64,000 nt of DNA from Alphaproteobacteria bacterium (GCA_047972425.1 JBKEAR010000019.1:1298-65297), one strand, 5' to 3'. Positions 21,501-33,984 are shown, numbered from the stretch's first letter. The notes: generated from the letters alone by a model not told the origin. Numbers and translations are program-made.

Positions 21501-22154
21501 ATGACAAGCCCTATTATTCAAGATTTAGAATGGCGCCATACCTGCAAATGGTACGACCCCAGCAAAAAAGTAAGCGAGGCCGATTTACAAGTGATAGAAG
21601 AAGCATTGCAGCTTTCGGTATCTTCCATTAATGCACAGCCTTGGCGTTTTATCATTATTGAAAGTGAAGAAGCCAAAAAACGTGCCGAAAAAGCCTTTGT
21701 CAATATGTTTCAGTTTAATCAGCGCCATGTATTTGATAGCTCGCACCTTATTCTGTTGGCCTATAATCCCCGTTATAATAAAGATGATTATAGCAAAGTG
21801 ATTGACCAAGATATAAAAGTGGGGCGGATTACTGAAGATATGCGCGAGCAAGCCATGGCTGCAACATCATTTATTGACCTCAATACCGATAAAAATGGCG
21901 ATAACAGCAAATGGACCAAAGCGCAAACTTATATTGCTTTAGGTAATTTAATCCATGTTTTGGCACGGATGAAAATTGACTCTACCACCATGGAAGGTAT
22001 TGATGCCGAAGTTGTGAATGAGGAATTTAAAGAAGAGCTTGGTGGTTATTTTTGCGAACTCGCTGTTGCTATCGGTTACAGAAGCGACAAAGATTATAAC
22101 GAAAATTTACCGAAATCTCGCTTACCGATGGGCGATATTATCCGCCGCGTTTAA
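21501..22154 (+). CDS. oxygen-insensitive NAD(P)H nitroreductase family protein
   Basis: 217 aa; NfsB-like N-terminus (RHTCKWYDP...). Confidence 0.75.
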   Translation: MTSPIIQDLEWRHTCKWYDPSKKVSEADLQVIEEALQLSVSSINAQPWRFIIIESEEAKKRAEKAFVNMFQFNQRHVFDSSHLILLAYNPRYNKDDYSKVIDQDIKVGRITEDMREQAMAATSFIDLNTDKNGDNSKWTKAQTYIALGNLIHVLARMKIDSTTMEGIDAEVVNEEFKEELGGYFCELAVAIGYRSDKDYNENLPKSRLPMGDIIRRV

Positions 22155-22211
22155 TATAAAAGTAAGGAGAAAACATTCTCCTTACTTCTTAAAAAAATCA
22201 CACGAAATGTG

Positions 22212-23105
22212 TTACTTTCTCTCTAAAGTAATGCTCCATTCGGGGCCGGAGTAAACTTTATTGACTTCGGAAAAATTATCCATATTGAGGGCAATAGAAA
22301 CATCTAATAAAGAGTTTAAGTAAATAAGCGGAGTGCCATCGGGCACATCGCCAAATGTGGATACATAAGGGATTTCGCCCGTATAAACAACCTCGTTATT
22401 ATTTTTAATTTCTACGGCAAATATATCGCCATATTCATAGTCCGCAAATGCCGAGCCCGGAATACTTGTCCATACGTTACCATATTGCGGGTCTAAAATA
22501 GGGATATTCCCCATTAATTTACCATTATCAACGGCAACGGTTTGGTAGTTAATCGCCCAAACTTCGGCCGGTAATAATTCACCCACTTCTTCAAAGGTAA
22601 TTTTATTGGCGGCTAAACGGGCACCGGTAAAGGAGTAAACATCGCGGCCATGGAATGTATAAGATTTTTCGGAATCTTTACGGCGATTAACAGCTTCGTC
22701 GATTTGGCGCACTTCATCAATACCAAAATGCTCGGCAACAAGTGTAAGCGTGCCGTTATCGGGGGTTACAACAAATTGCCCCGTTTTGGTTTTTAATACA
22801 ACGGATTTACGGTCGGTACCCACGCCGGGGTCAACCACCGATACAAATACTGTACCCTCTGGCCAATAGGGCATAGTTTGCATTAAGCGGTAAGAGGCCT
22901 CCCAAATATTATAAGCAGGGATTTCATGGGTTAAATCTTCTACTACCAAATTTTTATCCACCTCAATCGCCACACCATGCATGGCCGAAACCGCACCGTC
23001 TTTAAGCCCAAAGTCGGACTGATAAACCACAATACCGGGTTGCTCGGCCTGTGCCATAGTGGTTAAAGCCAAAGTAAGGGTAAGCGGAAATAGTATTTTT
23101 TTCAT
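22212..23105 (-). CDS. SAM hydroxide adenosyltransferase / SalL-fluorinase family (DUF62) with N-terminal signal peptide
   Basis: Start at MKKILFPLTLTLALTTMAQA (SD ggagg). Family motifs SDFG, PEGTVFV, DPGVGT, PDNG, TFHGRDV, GNVWT, IYLNS. Confidence 0.7.
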   Translation of the reverse strand: MKKILFPLTLTLALTTMAQAEQPGIVVYQSDFGLKDGAVSAMHGVAIEVDKNLVVEDLTHEIPAYNIWEASYRLMQTMPYWPEGTVFVSVVDPGVGTDRKSVVLKTKTGQFVVTPDNGTLTLVAEHFGIDEVRQIDEAVNRRKDSEKSYTFHGRDVYSFTGARLAANKITFEEVGELLPAEVWAINYQTVAVDNGKLMGNIPILDPQYGNVWTSIPGSAFADYEYGDIFAVEIKNNNEVVYTGEIPYVSTFGDVPDGTPLIYLNSLLDVSIALNMDNFSEVNKVYSGPEWSITLERK

Positions 23106-23384
23106 TATGACCTCCAAATATAAATTGTAAACATTATTAAGGTAAGCATAATCAGGGATAAGTCAACGTTTTTTGTACAGGTTCCGCCTGTTTGAATTCA
23201 CTAACTTTGTTAGAACGACTTTACATGCGCCAGACTTCGTCTGTTTGAATTTATGCACGCTGCATTGAGTAGCTTTCACTATATTTATCTGTCATTACCA
23301 GCTTGACTGGCAATCTGTTTACAATAAAAGCATTTGGGATAAGATGCCCAATCAAGTTGGGCATGACGACAACACAATAATAAT

Positions 23385-23469
23385 CCCTGCACACAGCTAC
23401 GCTGTGGGCAACTTCGTTGCATTAGGTAATACTAAAATTTATTATCATTTTAAGTAGTATTACCTATAT
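23385..23469. repeat. E3 repeat sub-element, copy 3 (variant)
   Basis: ccctgcacacagctacgctgtgggcaacttcgttgcattaggtaatactaaaatttattatcattttaagtagtattaccta; same as 9137-9219 and 38557-38638 apart from a 7-nt central variant. Confidence 0.6.
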
Positions 23470-23510
23470 TCAAAAATTTATCGGAAGATTAAAATCTGTT
23501 TAGGCTATTA

Positions 23511-23547
23511 ATCCAACAAAAAAGCCCAATGATGTTTCATCGGGCTC
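23511..23547 (-). terminator. rho-independent terminator downstream of rpoC
   Basis: Minus-strand hairpin agcccgatg-aaa-catcattgggct followed by uuuuuguugg. Confidence 0.6.
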
Positions 23548-23572
23548 TAAAGTTATGCATGGTAAAAGATTG

Positions 23573-26500
23573 TTATTTAATATCTTCTACAATACCTAGT
23601 TCGGCAGTTAATGCAGCTTGTAAATCTTCTTCAATTGCATCCATATCCGCAATGGGCTGAACCGCAATCTCTTTAATCCGATCCATCGCCGCACCTGTAC
23701 CTGCAGGGATAAGACGACCCACAATAACATTTTCTTTAATGCCATCGAGCCTATCTACCTTGCCCGAAACCGCAGCCTCGGTAAGTACACGGGTAGTTTC
23801 TTGGAAGGAAGCTGCCGAAATAAAGCTACGTGTTTGTAAGCTGGCTTTGGTAATACCTTGCAATACAGGGTGACCCGATGCCGGTTTACCGCCCTCGGCC
23901 AATACACGTTCATTTTCAGCATCAAGCTCTTCACGGTCCACTTGCTCGCCAACCAATAGGTGACTATCGCCTGCATCCATAATTTCAATTTTACGGAGCA
24001 TTTGGCGCACAATAGTTTCGATATGTTTATCGTTAATTCCCACACCTTGTAGGCGATAAACCTCTTGCACTTCCTCTACCATATAATCGGCAAGGGCTTC
24101 TACACCCATTACCCGTAAAATATCGTGGGGAACCAAAGCACCATCGGTTAAAGCTTCACCTTTTTCCACATAATCGCCCTCATGCACCATCACTTGTTTG
24201 TCACGACCCACAAGATATTCAATCTCCTCGGCATCTTCTGCATCGGGGGTTAAAATGAGACGGCGGCGGTTTTTATAGTCTTTACCAAAACTAATATGCC
24301 CGGCAGCTTCGGCAATGGTTGCAAAATCTTTGGGGCGGCGAGCCTCAAAGAGTTCAGCCACACGGGGCAGACCACCGGTAATATCGCGTGTTTTAGCCGA
24401 TTCACGGGGCACACGGGCAATAACGTCACCCGGTTTTACCTTTTGGCCGTCATTCACAATTAACACCCCGTTGGGTTGTAAGAAGTAGCGAGCCTCGGCA
24501 CCGGTGGCGTTAGTAATCACCTCACCGGCATCGTCACGTAAAGTTACGCGGGGGCGTAAGTCGGCACCACGGGCGGTTTGCCGCCAGTCGATAACCACTT
24601 TAGAGGAAATACCCGTGGCTTCGTCCATTTGTTCGGTCATCGAAAGACCATCGACTAAATCCACATAATTGGCAATACCTTCGCGTTCCACTAAGATAGG
24701 CGCGGTAAACGGATCCCACTCAACCAATGTTTGGTTGGCCTCTACCTTATCGCCGTCTTTTACTCGTAAAATCGAGCCGTAAGGGATACGGTGACGGGCA
24801 CGTTGGGTACCGTTATCATCAAATACAGTTAACTCGCCAGAGCGTGATAACACAATGGTTTGATTATCGGAATTCACCACGGTTTGGGTGTTTTTAAAGC
24901 CAACAACACCGGCAACAACGGCCTCAATTTTCGATTGCTCGGCACCACGCTGTGCCGCACCACCAATATGGAATGTACGCATGGTAAGCTGTGTGCCGGG
25001 CTCCCCAATGGATTGCGCCGCAATAACACCCACGGCTTCACCCATATTAACATCGGTACCACGGGCAAGGTCGCGGCCATAACAATGGGCGCAAATACCT
25101 TGCTTAGAGGCACATGTGAGCGGGCTACGTAAATGAATACTTTCCACACCCGATGTATCAATAAGCGGCATATGTTTTTCTTCGACCATTTCACCTTTTT
25201 GTAAAATAATCTCTTTGGTGCGTGGGTTAACCACATCTTCAAGCACGCGGCGGCCTAAGCTACGCTCGGCCAAAGATGCCACAACTTCACCACCATCAAT
25301 CACCGCCCGAACAGTCACACCTTCTTCGGTTCCGCAATCGGTTTCGGTAATAATACAATCTTGTGCAACATCTACAAGGCGGCGGGTTAAATAACCGGAG
25401 TTCGCTGTTTTAAGCGCTGTATCGGCCAAACCTTTACGGGCACCGTGGGTGGAATCGAAATATTCAAGTACCGATAAACCTTCTTTAAAGTTAGAGATAA
25501 TCGGGGTTTCGATAATCTCACCATTCGGTTTGGCCATCAATCCGCGCATACCGGCAAGCTGTTTCATCTGTGCGGCAGAGCCCCGCGCACCCGAATGGCT
25601 CATCATATAAAGAGAGTTAACAGGTTGGCCGGGCTTGGCTTTAGATAAACCGTCCATCATGGCGTTTGATACTGCATCACCACAGGCCGACCAAGCGTCA
25701 ATCACCTTGTTGTATTTTTCACCCCGGGTGATTAAACCATCTTGATATTGGCGCTCATAGGCTTTTACTTGCTCTTCGGTATCGCCTACCAATTTGGCTT
25801 TGGCAGTAGGGATAACCATATCGTCCTTACCAAAGGATACACCCGAGCGACAAGCCCATTCGTAACCTAAAGCCATAAGGCTATCGGCAAATAAAACGGT
25901 TTCTTTTTGGCCACAATGACGATAAACGGCATCTATCGCATTACCAATGGCTTTTTTGGTGAGCAATGTATTTAAAATATCAAAGCTAATGAATTTATTA
26001 ACAGGCACAAGCTCCGATAATATTAACCGACCCGGTGTGGTATCGACCACCTCGTAAGTAATATTACCTTCGCTATCCGATGTTGGTACACGACCTTTAA
26101 CCTTAGCATGGAGTGATACGATATTATTATCTAACGCTTGTTGCACTTCGCCCACATCGGTAAAAATCATGCCTTCGCCGGGTTCGCCATCGCGCTCAAT
26201 GGATAAATAATACAGACCCAAAACGATATCCTGAGAAGGCACAATAATCGGCTTACCATTGGCCGGTGAGAGAATATTGTTGGTGGACATCATAAGCACA
26301 CGGGCTTCTAATTGTGCCTCGAGCGATAAAGGTACGTGCACCGCCATTTGGTCGCCATCGAAGTCGGCGTTAAAGGCCGCACATACCAATGGGTGTAAAT
26401 GGATAGCCTTACCCTCAATTAGCCGTGGCTCAAAAGCTTGGATACCCAAGCGGTGTAAAGTTGGCGCACGGTTTAAGAGAACAGGGTGCTCCCGAATAAC

Positions 26501-27754
26501 TTCTTCTAAAATATCCCAAACTTCGGGGCGGCCTTTTTCTACCATGCGCCGTGCGGCCTTAATGGTAGTGGCATAGCCATATTGCTCGAGCTTGGCATAA
26601 ATAAAGGGTTTAAATAGCTCAATTGCCATTTTTTTAGGTAAACCACATTCGTGTAATTTTAGGTATGGCCCGGTTGTAATTACCGAACGGCCAGAGTAAT
26701 CTACCCGTTTACCCAATAAGTTTTGGCGGAAACGCCCTTGTTTACCTTTAAGCATATCCGAAAGTGATTTTAATGGGCGGCGGTTGGCACCGGTAATGGC
26801 GCGGCCACGGCGACCGTTATCGTATAAAGCATCCACAGATTCTTGTAACATACGTTTTTCGTTGCGAATGATAATCTCGGGCGCGCGTAGCTCAATCAGG
26901 CGTTTTAAACGGTTGTTACGGTTAATCACACGGCGATAAAGATCGTTTAAATCCGATGTTGCAAAACGGCCGCCATCCAACGGAACTAACGGGCGAAGCT
27001 CTGGCGGAAGAACAGGCAGCACTTCTAAAATCATCCATTCTGGGCGTGTGCCCGATGCCAAAAAGGCCTCAAGTAATTTTAAGCGTTTAATCAGTTTTTT
27101 ACGCTTAGTTTCGGATTTAGATTCTTTAAATTCGACCGATAAACGCGCACGCTCAGTTTCTAAATCGATACCCGCTAAAATTTTGCGTATCGCCTCGGCA
27201 CCAATGCCCACCTCAAAAGTATCCGAGCCAAAGTCATCAATCGCTTTTTGATATTGGTCTTCATTAAGCAAATCAAATTGCTTAAGGTTGGTTAAGCCGG
27301 GTTCCATCACAATATAATTTTCAAAATAAAGCACACGCTCTAAATCTTTTAATGTGATATCAATCATTAAGCCGATACGTGATGGTAATGATTTTAAAAA
27401 CCAAATATGGGCAACGGGCGCTGCAAGGTCGATATGACCCATGCGCTCGCGGCGTACTTTTTGCACCGTAACCTCTACACCACATTTTTCGCACACAATA
27501 CCTTTATATTTCATGCGCTTATATTTGCCACATAAACATTCGTAATCTTTTACAGGGCCAAAGATGCGGGCACAAAATAGGCCGTCGCGCTCGGGTTTGA
27601 ATGTGCGGTAGTTAATGGTTTCGGGCTTTTTGACCTCACCCCAAGACCAAGAGCGGACTTTTTCGGGCGATGCAATAGAAATACGAATTTGATCAAAGCG
27701 GCTACCAACGCCGGCATTGCCCATCATACGTTCAATTTGTTGATTTTTAGACAT
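23573..27754 (-). CDS. rpoC: DNA-directed RNA polymerase subunit beta'
   Basis: 1393 aa; NADFDGD catalytic motif, zinc-binding CxxC clusters, full-length similarity to RpoC. Confidence 0.97.
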   Translation of the reverse strand: MSKNQQIERMMGNAGVGSRFDQIRISIASPEKVRSWSWGEVKKPETINYRTFKPERDGLFCARIFGPVKDYECLCGKYKRMKYKGIVCEKCGVEVTVQKVRRERMGHIDLAAPVAHIWFLKSLPSRIGLMIDITLKDLERVLYFENYIVMEPGLTNLKQFDLLNEDQYQKAIDDFGSDTFEVGIGAEAIRKILAGIDLETERARLSVEFKESKSETKRKKLIKRLKLLEAFLASGTRPEWMILEVLPVLPPELRPLVPLDGGRFATSDLNDLYRRVINRNNRLKRLIELRAPEIIIRNEKRMLQESVDALYDNGRRGRAITGANRRPLKSLSDMLKGKQGRFRQNLLGKRVDYSGRSVITTGPYLKLHECGLPKKMAIELFKPFIYAKLEQYGYATTIKAARRMVEKGRPEVWDILEEVIREHPVLLNRAPTLHRLGIQAFEPRLIEGKAIHLHPLVCAAFNADFDGDQMAVHVPLSLEAQLEARVLMMSTNNILSPANGKPIIVPSQDIVLGLYYLSIERDGEPGEGMIFTDVGEVQQALDNNIVSLHAKVKGRVPTSDSEGNITYEVVDTTPGRLILSELVPVNKFISFDILNTLLTKKAIGNAIDAVYRHCGQKETVLFADSLMALGYEWACRSGVSFGKDDMVIPTAKAKLVGDTEEQVKAYERQYQDGLITRGEKYNKVIDAWSACGDAVSNAMMDGLSKAKPGQPVNSLYMMSHSGARGSAAQMKQLAGMRGLMAKPNGEIIETPIISNFKEGLSVLEYFDSTHGARKGLADTALKTANSGYLTRRLVDVAQDCIITETDCGTEEGVTVRAVIDGGEVVASLAERSLGRRVLEDVVNPRTKEIILQKGEMVEEKHMPLIDTSGVESIHLRSPLTCASKQGICAHCYGRDLARGTDVNMGEAVGVIAAQSIGEPGTQLTMRTFHIGGAAQRGAEQSKIEAVVAGVVGFKNTQTVVNSDNQTIVLSRSGELTVFDDNGTQRARHRIPYGSILRVKDGDKVEANQTLVEWDPFTAPILVEREGIANYVDLVDGLSMTEQMDEATGISSKVVIDWRQTARGADLRPRVTLRDDAGEVITNATGAEARYFLQPNGVLIVNDGQKVKPGDVIARVPRESAKTRDITGGLPRVAELFEARRPKDFATIAEAAGHISFGKDYKNRRRLILTPDAEDAEEIEYLVGRDKQVMVHEGDYVEKGEALTDGALVPHDILRVMGVEALADYMVEEVQEVYRLQGVGINDKHIETIVRQMLRKIEIMDAGDSHLLVGEQVDREELDAENERVLAEGGKPASGHPVLQGITKASLQTRSFISAASFQETTRVLTEAAVSGKVDRLDGIKENVIVGRLIPAGTGAAMDRIKEIAVQPIADMDAIEEDLQAALTAELGIVEDIK

Positions 27755-27843
27755 ATATAAAACTCCTAAAAGAGATATTAAGGGACTGTTTAAACATGTT
27801 TTAGCTTGTGCAGCCCCTTATTGATCCTGATATTTCCCAAATA

Positions 27844-30800
27844 TTAATATTTACCGTAAGTTAAATCGACATTTAAACTCAATGCCTGTAACTCTTTGAT
27901 TAAAACATTAAAGCTTTCGGGGATACCGGCTTCAAAATTATCTTCGCCACGCACAATGGCCTCATATACTTTGGTTCGTCCGGCTTGGTCGTCGGATTTT
28001 ACGGTGAGCATTTCTTGTAAAGTATAAGCGGCACCATAGGCTTCGAGCGCCCAAACTTCCATCTCACCAAAACGCTGACCACCAAATTGGGCTTTACCAC
28101 CCAATGGTTGCTGCGTAACAAGGCTGTATGGGCCGGTTGAGCGGGCATGGATTTTTTCGTCCACAAGGTGATGAAGCTTAAGCATGTAAATATAACCCAC
28201 CGTAGTTGTACGGGTGAAATATTCGCCTGTACGGCCATCAATCAGGCGTACCTGACCCGATGACGGTAAACCGGCACGCTCTAAGGCTTCGTTAATATCG
28301 GCTTCGACCGCACCATCAAATACCGGTGTTGCAATTGGCACACCACCACGGAGATTTTCGGCTAAATCAATGACATCTAAATCGTCAAAACCAGCAATCT
28401 CTTTAATAATGCCCTTATCTTGGTAAGCCCAATTGAGTTTATCGCGGAGATCACCAATGGTTTTTTCGCCCAAATGAACATCATCTAACACATCGGCAAT
28501 TTGGCGACCTAAAGCATTACCAGCCCAACCAAGGTGGGTTTCTAAAATTTGCCCCACATTCATCCGCGATGGCACACCAAGGGGATTTAAACAGATATCC
28601 ACAGGAGTACCGTCGTCTAAGAAAGGCATATCTTCTTGGGGTAAAATACGCGAGATCACACCTTTGTTACCATGGCGACCCGCCATTTTATCACCGGGTT
28701 GGAGTTTACGTTTAATCGCAATGTAAACTTTAACCATTTTCATTACGCCGGGTAAAAGCTCATCGCCCCGTTGTAATTTATCCACTTTATCTTCAAAGCG
28801 TTTTTGTAAATTGCTCACGGTTTCTTCAAACTCGCCGCGCATATCTTCTACCAGTAACATGGTATCTTCATTTTCCACATTAATTTTGGCAAGCTGTGCG
28901 GCGGTATAAGCTTCGAACACATCATGGGTAATCACAGTGCCTTTGCGTAAACCCTCAGGCCCCGATACCACTTTTTGATCCAAAAGTAATTCGCGTAAAC
29001 GGGTGGTAAAGCTGCGCTCTAAAATGGCACGTTCGTCATCGCGGTCGCGGGCTAAACGTTCAATCTCATGGCGTTCAATGGCCAATGCACGTTCATCTTT
29101 TTCTACACCGCGGCGGTTAAATACCTGCACGCCCACAACCGTACCTTCTTCCCCGGGGGGGAGACGGAGCGACGTATCACGAACATCCGATGCTTTTTCG
29201 CCAAAGATAGCCCGAAGCAATTTTTCTTCTGGTGTTACGGGGCTTTCGCCTTTAGGGGTTACTTTACCCACCAAAATATCACCCGAGCGAACCTCGGCAC
29301 CCACATAAACAATGCCGGCTTCGTCTAGGTTGCGTAAAGCTTCTTCGCCCACATTCGGGATATCGCGGGTGATTTCTTCTTGCCCCAATTTGGTATCCCG
29401 TGCCATGACCTCAAATTCTTCTATATGAATAGAAGTAAATACGTCATCGCGCACAATACGCTCAGAAATTAAGATAGAATCCTCAAAGTTATAACCGTTC
29501 CAAGGCATAAAGGCCACAAGCACGTTTTTACCTAAAGCCAATTCGCCCAAATCAATGGAAGGGCCATCGGCAATAATATCACCGGCTTTAATGGATTCAC
29601 CCACCTTAACTAAGGGGCGTTGGTTAATACATGTATTTTGGTTAGAGCGTGTATATTTACGTAAATTATAAATATCCACACCATCTGTACGGCCGGTTTT
29701 GGGGTCAACCGCACGCACCACAATACGGGTGGCATCTACTTGGTCCACCACACCATCGCGGTTGGCATTAACAGCTGCGCCAGAGTCGGCAGCCACAATG
29801 GCTTCCATACCTGTACCCACAAGTGGGGCCTCGGGACGAATAAGCGGCACGGCTTGGCGTTGCATGTTCGAGCCCATAAGTGCCCGGTTCGCATCGTCAT
29901 TTTCTAAAAACGGAATAAGTGCTGCAGCAACCGAAACCACCTGTTTAGGCGAAACGTCAATATAATCGACTTCCGAAGGCGGAACAACAACGTGCTCGCC
30001 ATTTTGGCGGCAGTTCACAAGCTCCTCGGTCAATTGACCTTTTTTATCAACCAATGAGTTGGCCTGTGCAATGATATGTTTGCCTTCTTCGATGGCGCTC
30101 ATATATTCCACTTCTTTTTCCAACGTACCTTCGGTCACTTTACGATAAGGTGTTTCGATAAACCCGTATTTATTAATACGTGCATAAGTCGCTAGTGAGT
30201 TGATAAGACCAATATTGGGGCCCTCAGGTGTTTCAATGGGGCAAATACGGCCATAATGGGTTGGGTGTACATCGCGCACCTCAAAACCGGCACGCTCGCG
30301 GGTTAAACCGCCGGGGCCTAAGGCCGATAAGCGGCGTTTATGGGTAACTTCCGATAGTGGGTTGGTTTGATCCATAAATTGCGAAAGCTGCGATGAACCA
30401 AAGAACTCACGAATAGCACCGGCAACAGGGCGGGCATTGATGAGATCGTGCGGCATGGCACTTTCCATATCCACCGTACCCATACGCTCGCGTATTGCAC
30501 GTTCCATACGGAGCAAGCCGATACGCACTTGGTTTTCCATTAATTCGCCTACTGAGCGAATACGGCGGTTACCAAGGTGGTCAATATCGTCAACTTCGCC
30601 TTTACCATCTTTTAAATCATGGAGGATTTTAACGGTTTCAACAATATCTTCCTTACGTAATACACGCAAGCTATCATCGGTTTTAAAACCAAGGCGGGCA
30701 TTCATTTTTACCCGACCCACAGCCGATAAATCATAGCGGTCTAAATCGAAAAATAAGCTATGGAATAAAGCCTCGGCAGCCTCTACAGTTGGTGGCTCAC

Positions 30801-32016
30801 CGGGGCGCATAACACGGTAAATATCAATTAAGGCTTCCTCGCGGTTGGTGTTGCGGTCTACCATTAATGTATTACGTATCCAAGGGCCTTTGGTATGACC
30901 ATCGATATCCAAAATAGAAATCTCTTTCACTTTGGCTTCTTTAATAGCAGCCAAAAAGCCTTCATCAATCTCGGCACCGGCTTCACCAAAAATTTCACCG
31001 GTTTCGCCGTTAAAATGGTCAACCGCTAAATAACGGCCAATAAGCTCATTTTCTTTAAGCAAATAATGGGTGAATTTATCTTCCTTAAGCTGTTTGGCAA
31101 GGCGCGGGGTAATTTTACGCCCAGCTTTTACAACAACTTCGCCTGTTTTGGGGTCGGTTAAATCGTTATAAGCAATGGTGCCAATAGATTGATCAATATC
31201 AAAAGCCACTTTCCATCCACCGCGGGTGGTGGTAACTTTTTGGGTATGGTAAAAAATGCTTAAAATTTCTTCGGCACTCATACCTTCTACTTCCGAAGCA
31301 TCAAGCTCTACACCTTTTTTGGCGGCATCAATACGGGCTTTTTCGGTTTCGGCCGAGTCAAGCGCCATTAACATGGTGGTTAAGGGGAGCTTACGGCGGC
31401 GGTCGATACGCACATGCATAATATCTTTCGGGTCAAACTCAAAATCCAACCAGCTACCGCGGTAAGGGATAACACGGGCAGCAAATAAAAACTTACCCGA
31501 TGTATGGGTGCGCCCGCCATCATGGTCAAAAAACACGCCGGGTGAGCGGTGGGTTTGCGATACAATCACACGCTCAGTACCATTAATGATAAAAGTACCA
31601 TTTTCGGTCATTAGCGGCATATCGCCAATAAAAACCTCTTGCTCTTTAATATCACGAACAGAGCGCATGCCACTATCTTCATCGATATCCCAAACCACAA
31701 GGCGCAAAGTAGAGCGCAAAGGGGCCGACCATGTTGCACCGCGCTGGGTACATTCTTCTTGGTCATATTTGGGTTCTTCAAATTCGTATTTAATATATTC
31801 GAGCGTTGCGGTTTCGGCATAATCATTTACCGGAAAAACCGAGGCAAAAGCACCCTCTAAACCGGTATCGGTTCTATCTTGGGATTTCACTTCTCTTTGT
31901 AAAAATTGCTCATAAGAATTACGTTGGACTTCAATTAAGTTCGGCATATTCACAGCAGCCGGAATACGGCCATAAGAGCGACGAATACGACGACGTTCCG
32001 TAAAGGATCGAGACAT
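27844..32016 (-). CDS. rpoB: DNA-directed RNA polymerase subunit beta
   Basis: About 1390 aa from the ATG at 32016 ([16 protein letters not shown]; the track start at 32025 is GTG); full-length RpoB similarity. Confidence 0.97.
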   Translation of the reverse strand: MSRSFTERRRIRRSYGRIPAAVNMPNLIEVQRNSYEQFLQREVKSQDRTDTGLEGAFASVFPVNDYAETATLEYIKYEFEEPKYDQEECTQRGATWSAPLRSTLRLVVWDIDEDSGMRSVRDIKEQEVFIGDMPLMTENGTFIINGTERVIVSQTHRSPGVFFDHDGGRTHTSGKFLFAARVIPYRGSWLDFEFDPKDIMHVRIDRRRKLPLTTMLMALDSAETEKARIDAAKKGVELDASEVEGMSAEEILSIFYHTQKVTTTRGGWKVAFDIDQSIGTIAYNDLTDPKTGEVVVKAGRKITPRLAKQLKEDKFTHYLLKENELIGRYLAVDHFNGETGEIFGEAGAEIDEGFLAAIKEAKVKEISILDIDGHTKGPWIRNTLMVDRNTNREEALIDIYRVMRPGEPPTVEAAEALFHSLFFDLDRYDLSAVGRVKMNARLGFKTDDSLRVLRKEDIVETVKILHDLKDGKGEVDDIDHLGNRRIRSVGELMENQVRIGLLRMERAIRERMGTVDMESAMPHDLINARPVAGAIREFFGSSQLSQFMDQTNPLSEVTHKRRLSALGPGGLTRERAGFEVRDVHPTHYGRICPIETPEGPNIGLINSLATYARINKYGFIETPYRKVTEGTLEKEVEYMSAIEEGKHIIAQANSLVDKKGQLTEELVNCRQNGEHVVVPPSEVDYIDVSPKQVVSVAAALIPFLENDDANRALMGSNMQRQAVPLIRPEAPLVGTGMEAIVAADSGAAVNANRDGVVDQVDATRIVVRAVDPKTGRTDGVDIYNLRKYTRSNQNTCINQRPLVKVGESIKAGDIIADGPSIDLGELALGKNVLVAFMPWNGYNFEDSILISERIVRDDVFTSIHIEEFEVMARDTKLGQEEITRDIPNVGEEALRNLDEAGIVYVGAEVRSGDILVGKVTPKGESPVTPEEKLLRAIFGEKASDVRDTSLRLPPGEEGTVVGVQVFNRRGVEKDERALAIERHEIERLARDRDDERAILERSFTTRLRELLLDQKVVSGPEGLRKGTVITHDVFEAYTAAQLAKINVENEDTMLLVEDMRGEFEETVSNLQKRFEDKVDKLQRGDELLPGVMKMVKVYIAIKRKLQPGDKMAGRHGNKGVISRILPQEDMPFLDDGTPVDICLNPLGVPSRMNVGQILETHLGWAGNALGRQIADVLDDVHLGEKTIGDLRDKLNWAYQDKGIIKEIAGFDDLDVIDLAENLRGGVPIATPVFDGAVEADINEALERAGLPSSGQVRLIDGRTGEYFTRTTTVGYIYMLKLHHLVDEKIHARSTGPYSLVTQQPLGGKAQFGGQRFGEMEVWALEAYGAAYTLQEMLTVKSDDQAGRTKVYEAIVRGEDNFEAGIPESFNVLIKELQALSLNVDLTYGKY

Positions 32017-32322
32017 TATCAACACCTATATTTCATTAATGACACTTTCGTTAATTAAATAACGAACCAAAACCCCAAAGGCGGGAGCTAAATCCGCAAT
32101 GTCCCCCATTGCAGTTTAACCGGGGCCGGGTGCCGCAGGTTATTTTGTCTTTTCGGTCGGGGAACCCATCGGAACAAAATAACGGCATAAAAACGACAAA
32201 AAAACCAGCTTTCGGGCTATCCAAAAACTGCGCTTATAGAATCATTTCAAATTACTTAGTTAATATGGCATATTATGGGGGGGGGTGTCAATGTTTTTTA
32301 TGTATGGGGCTTTGCCCGTCAT

Positions 32323-32374
32323 GCTGAAAGCATGCCTAATATATAGTTGCTGAAAGCATGCCTAATATATAGTT
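32323..32374. repeat. 26-nt tandem direct repeat x2 (gctgaaagcatgcctaatatatagtt)
   Basis: Two perfect adjacent units inside the repeat-rich rpoB upstream region. Confidence 0.6.
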
Positions 32375-32556
32375 GGCTTGTCTCCGACAAGACCCCCCAC
32401 AATGCAAGCGTTGACCTGAAGGGAAAACCCATTGGTTTTCCTATGCTTTATTCTGTAACACTTAGTAGTCATTCCTGCTTTCGCAGGAGTGGCGGGGTAT
32501 TTATACAAAGGAAAAACCCATTCGGTTTTTCTGTGTTATATTCTGTTGCATCTTCA

Positions 32557-33378
32557 TTATGTACCATACCAATAATTGGCGGTAACGCCGCCATCGATGA
32601 GGAAGTCGGAGCCGGTGATAAAAGTACCGTCTTGCCCCATAATAAGGGCGGCGAGGGCGGCAATTTCATCGGAGGTACCCGCACGTTTTGCCGGGCAGGT
32701 TTCTATCATTTGCCGGTAACCCGCACCCCGTGGCCCGTTCAGTTCATCATTCGCCAAAGGCGTTATAACGATTCCCGGGCTAATACTGTTAACCCTTGCA
32801 CCACGTTTTCCCCATTTTACCGCTTGAGCCATAACACGCAATGCATTGCCCCGTTTAGAAAGCTGATAAGCATGGAGTGTATCTTTAATTGCATCCGCAC
32901 TTAACATCGGCAGATCCAAAAGGGCTTCGGTTGGGGTGGTGGCCAATGCTGTATCTTGCTCGGCCGATAAGGCCGCTAAACGATGCCCCGAGTGCGATGC
33001 AATCACCAGCGCCGAGCCACCGGGGGCAATCACTGTGCCGAATTCTTCTAATATCATCGCCGTACCATACTAATCGACCTGTCATAGGGTTTCTATCGGC
33101 GCTTGGGAAGGTGTTACGCCGGCAGCATGGATAAGCCCTGTAATATCCCCAATTTTTTGGGCTTGGGTTATCAGCGCTAAAACAGAAGTGCGCGATGATA
33201 CATCAACCGTTGCCGCATGGGTTGTGTAGCCTGCATTATAAAGAGTTTGAGCGGCATCTTGCGCATTTTTCGGGTTAATATCGGCAAAAATAATATGCTT
33301 GCCTACACCCACGCGCCGAGCAATAGCTTGGCCGATAAAACCAGAGCCGACAACGGTAATTACTTGATTTTGTTTCAT
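32557..33378 (-). pseudogene. SDR-family oxidoreductase disrupted by two in-frame stop codons
   Basis: The N-terminal ORF (33082..33378, Rossmann VVGSGFIGQAI) and the C-terminal ORF (32557..33057) are in the same frame. They are separated by TGA (33082-33084) and TAG four codons later. Combined length of 274 codons equals a normal SDR. Confidence 0.6.
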
Positions 33379-33390
33379 AATTCTCTCCTT

Positions 33391-33984
33391 TTATAAATGA
33401 TGAACACCTAAGCTTTGTTGAATGCCAAAATTGGGGGTCGTTGCAAGCTTAACGATGAGATCGGCCACGCTTTTACGCGATACGGTGGCATTAGCATTTT
33501 TAAAAGGCTCGTTCCTTTGGGTTGTGCCATAGTGAATTTCATCATTGTCATTGAGCCATTCGGGGCGAATGATAGTATAATCCAAGCCCGATTGCTCAAT
33601 AAGCGCGGCAGAGTCCCGATAAGGGTTTAAAACTGGGTTATAATTTTGCCCCGGTATTTCGCCGTAAATACCCATAGAGCTAATGAAGATAAGCCGGCGG
33701 ATATCATGGTTGTTCATGGCGGCGATAATGGCCTGTGCTTGCGCTTTCATATCGCCCGATAGATTGGCATATACAACATCTTGCCCAATCATCGCTTGGC
33801 TTAACTTATTTGTATCGGTTGCATCGCCTTCTATAATCGTAATACGGTTGTTATCTTTTCGTTGTTGTAGCCGTTTGGCATGGCGTAAATACAGGGTTAA
33901 ATGGGCATCGGTACGCTCTAAAAATAGGTCTGTGGCATATTGCGCAATTTGGCCGTAAGCCCCTATAATTAAAATATTCTTCAT
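33391..33984 (-). CDS. NAD(P)-binding atypical SDR / NmrA-like oxidoreductase
   Basis: 197 aa; N-terminal IIGAYGQIAQ Rossmann motif. Confidence 0.7.
   Translation of the reverse strand: MKNILIIGAYGQIAQYATDLFLERTDAHLTLYLRHAKRLQQRKDNNRITIIEGDATDTNKLSQAMIGQDVVYANLSGDMKAQAQAIIAAMNNHDIRRLIFISSMGIYGEIPGQNYNPVLNPYRDSAALIEQSGLDYTIIRPEWLNDNDEIHYGTTQRNEPFKNANATVSRKSVADLIVKLATTPNFGIQQSLGVHHL

Noticed and set aside
22155-22200. Terminator for the nitroreductase gene on the + strand
   Set aside because: The hairpin (aagtaaggagaa/ttctccttactt) is followed by A-rich, not U-rich, sequence on the + strand. It reads better as the terminator of the convergent minus-strand SAM-hydrolase gene, so it was not listed as a + terminator.
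23755-25242. Antisense ORFs inside rpoC (for example 23755..24045, 24874..25242) and similar ones inside rpoB, nusA, infB and pnp
   Set aside because: They are fully embedded opposite strongly supported essential genes and have no RBS or conservation signal; typical spurious ORFs.
32323-32374. Possible CRISPR-like repeat
   Set aside because: Only two directly adjacent 26-nt units with no spacers and no cas genes; it is a simple tandem duplication.
32347-32904. 185-aa ORF on the + strand
   Set aside because: Composed of the repeat mosaic and the antisense of the SDR pseudogene; low-complexity translation; no RBS.
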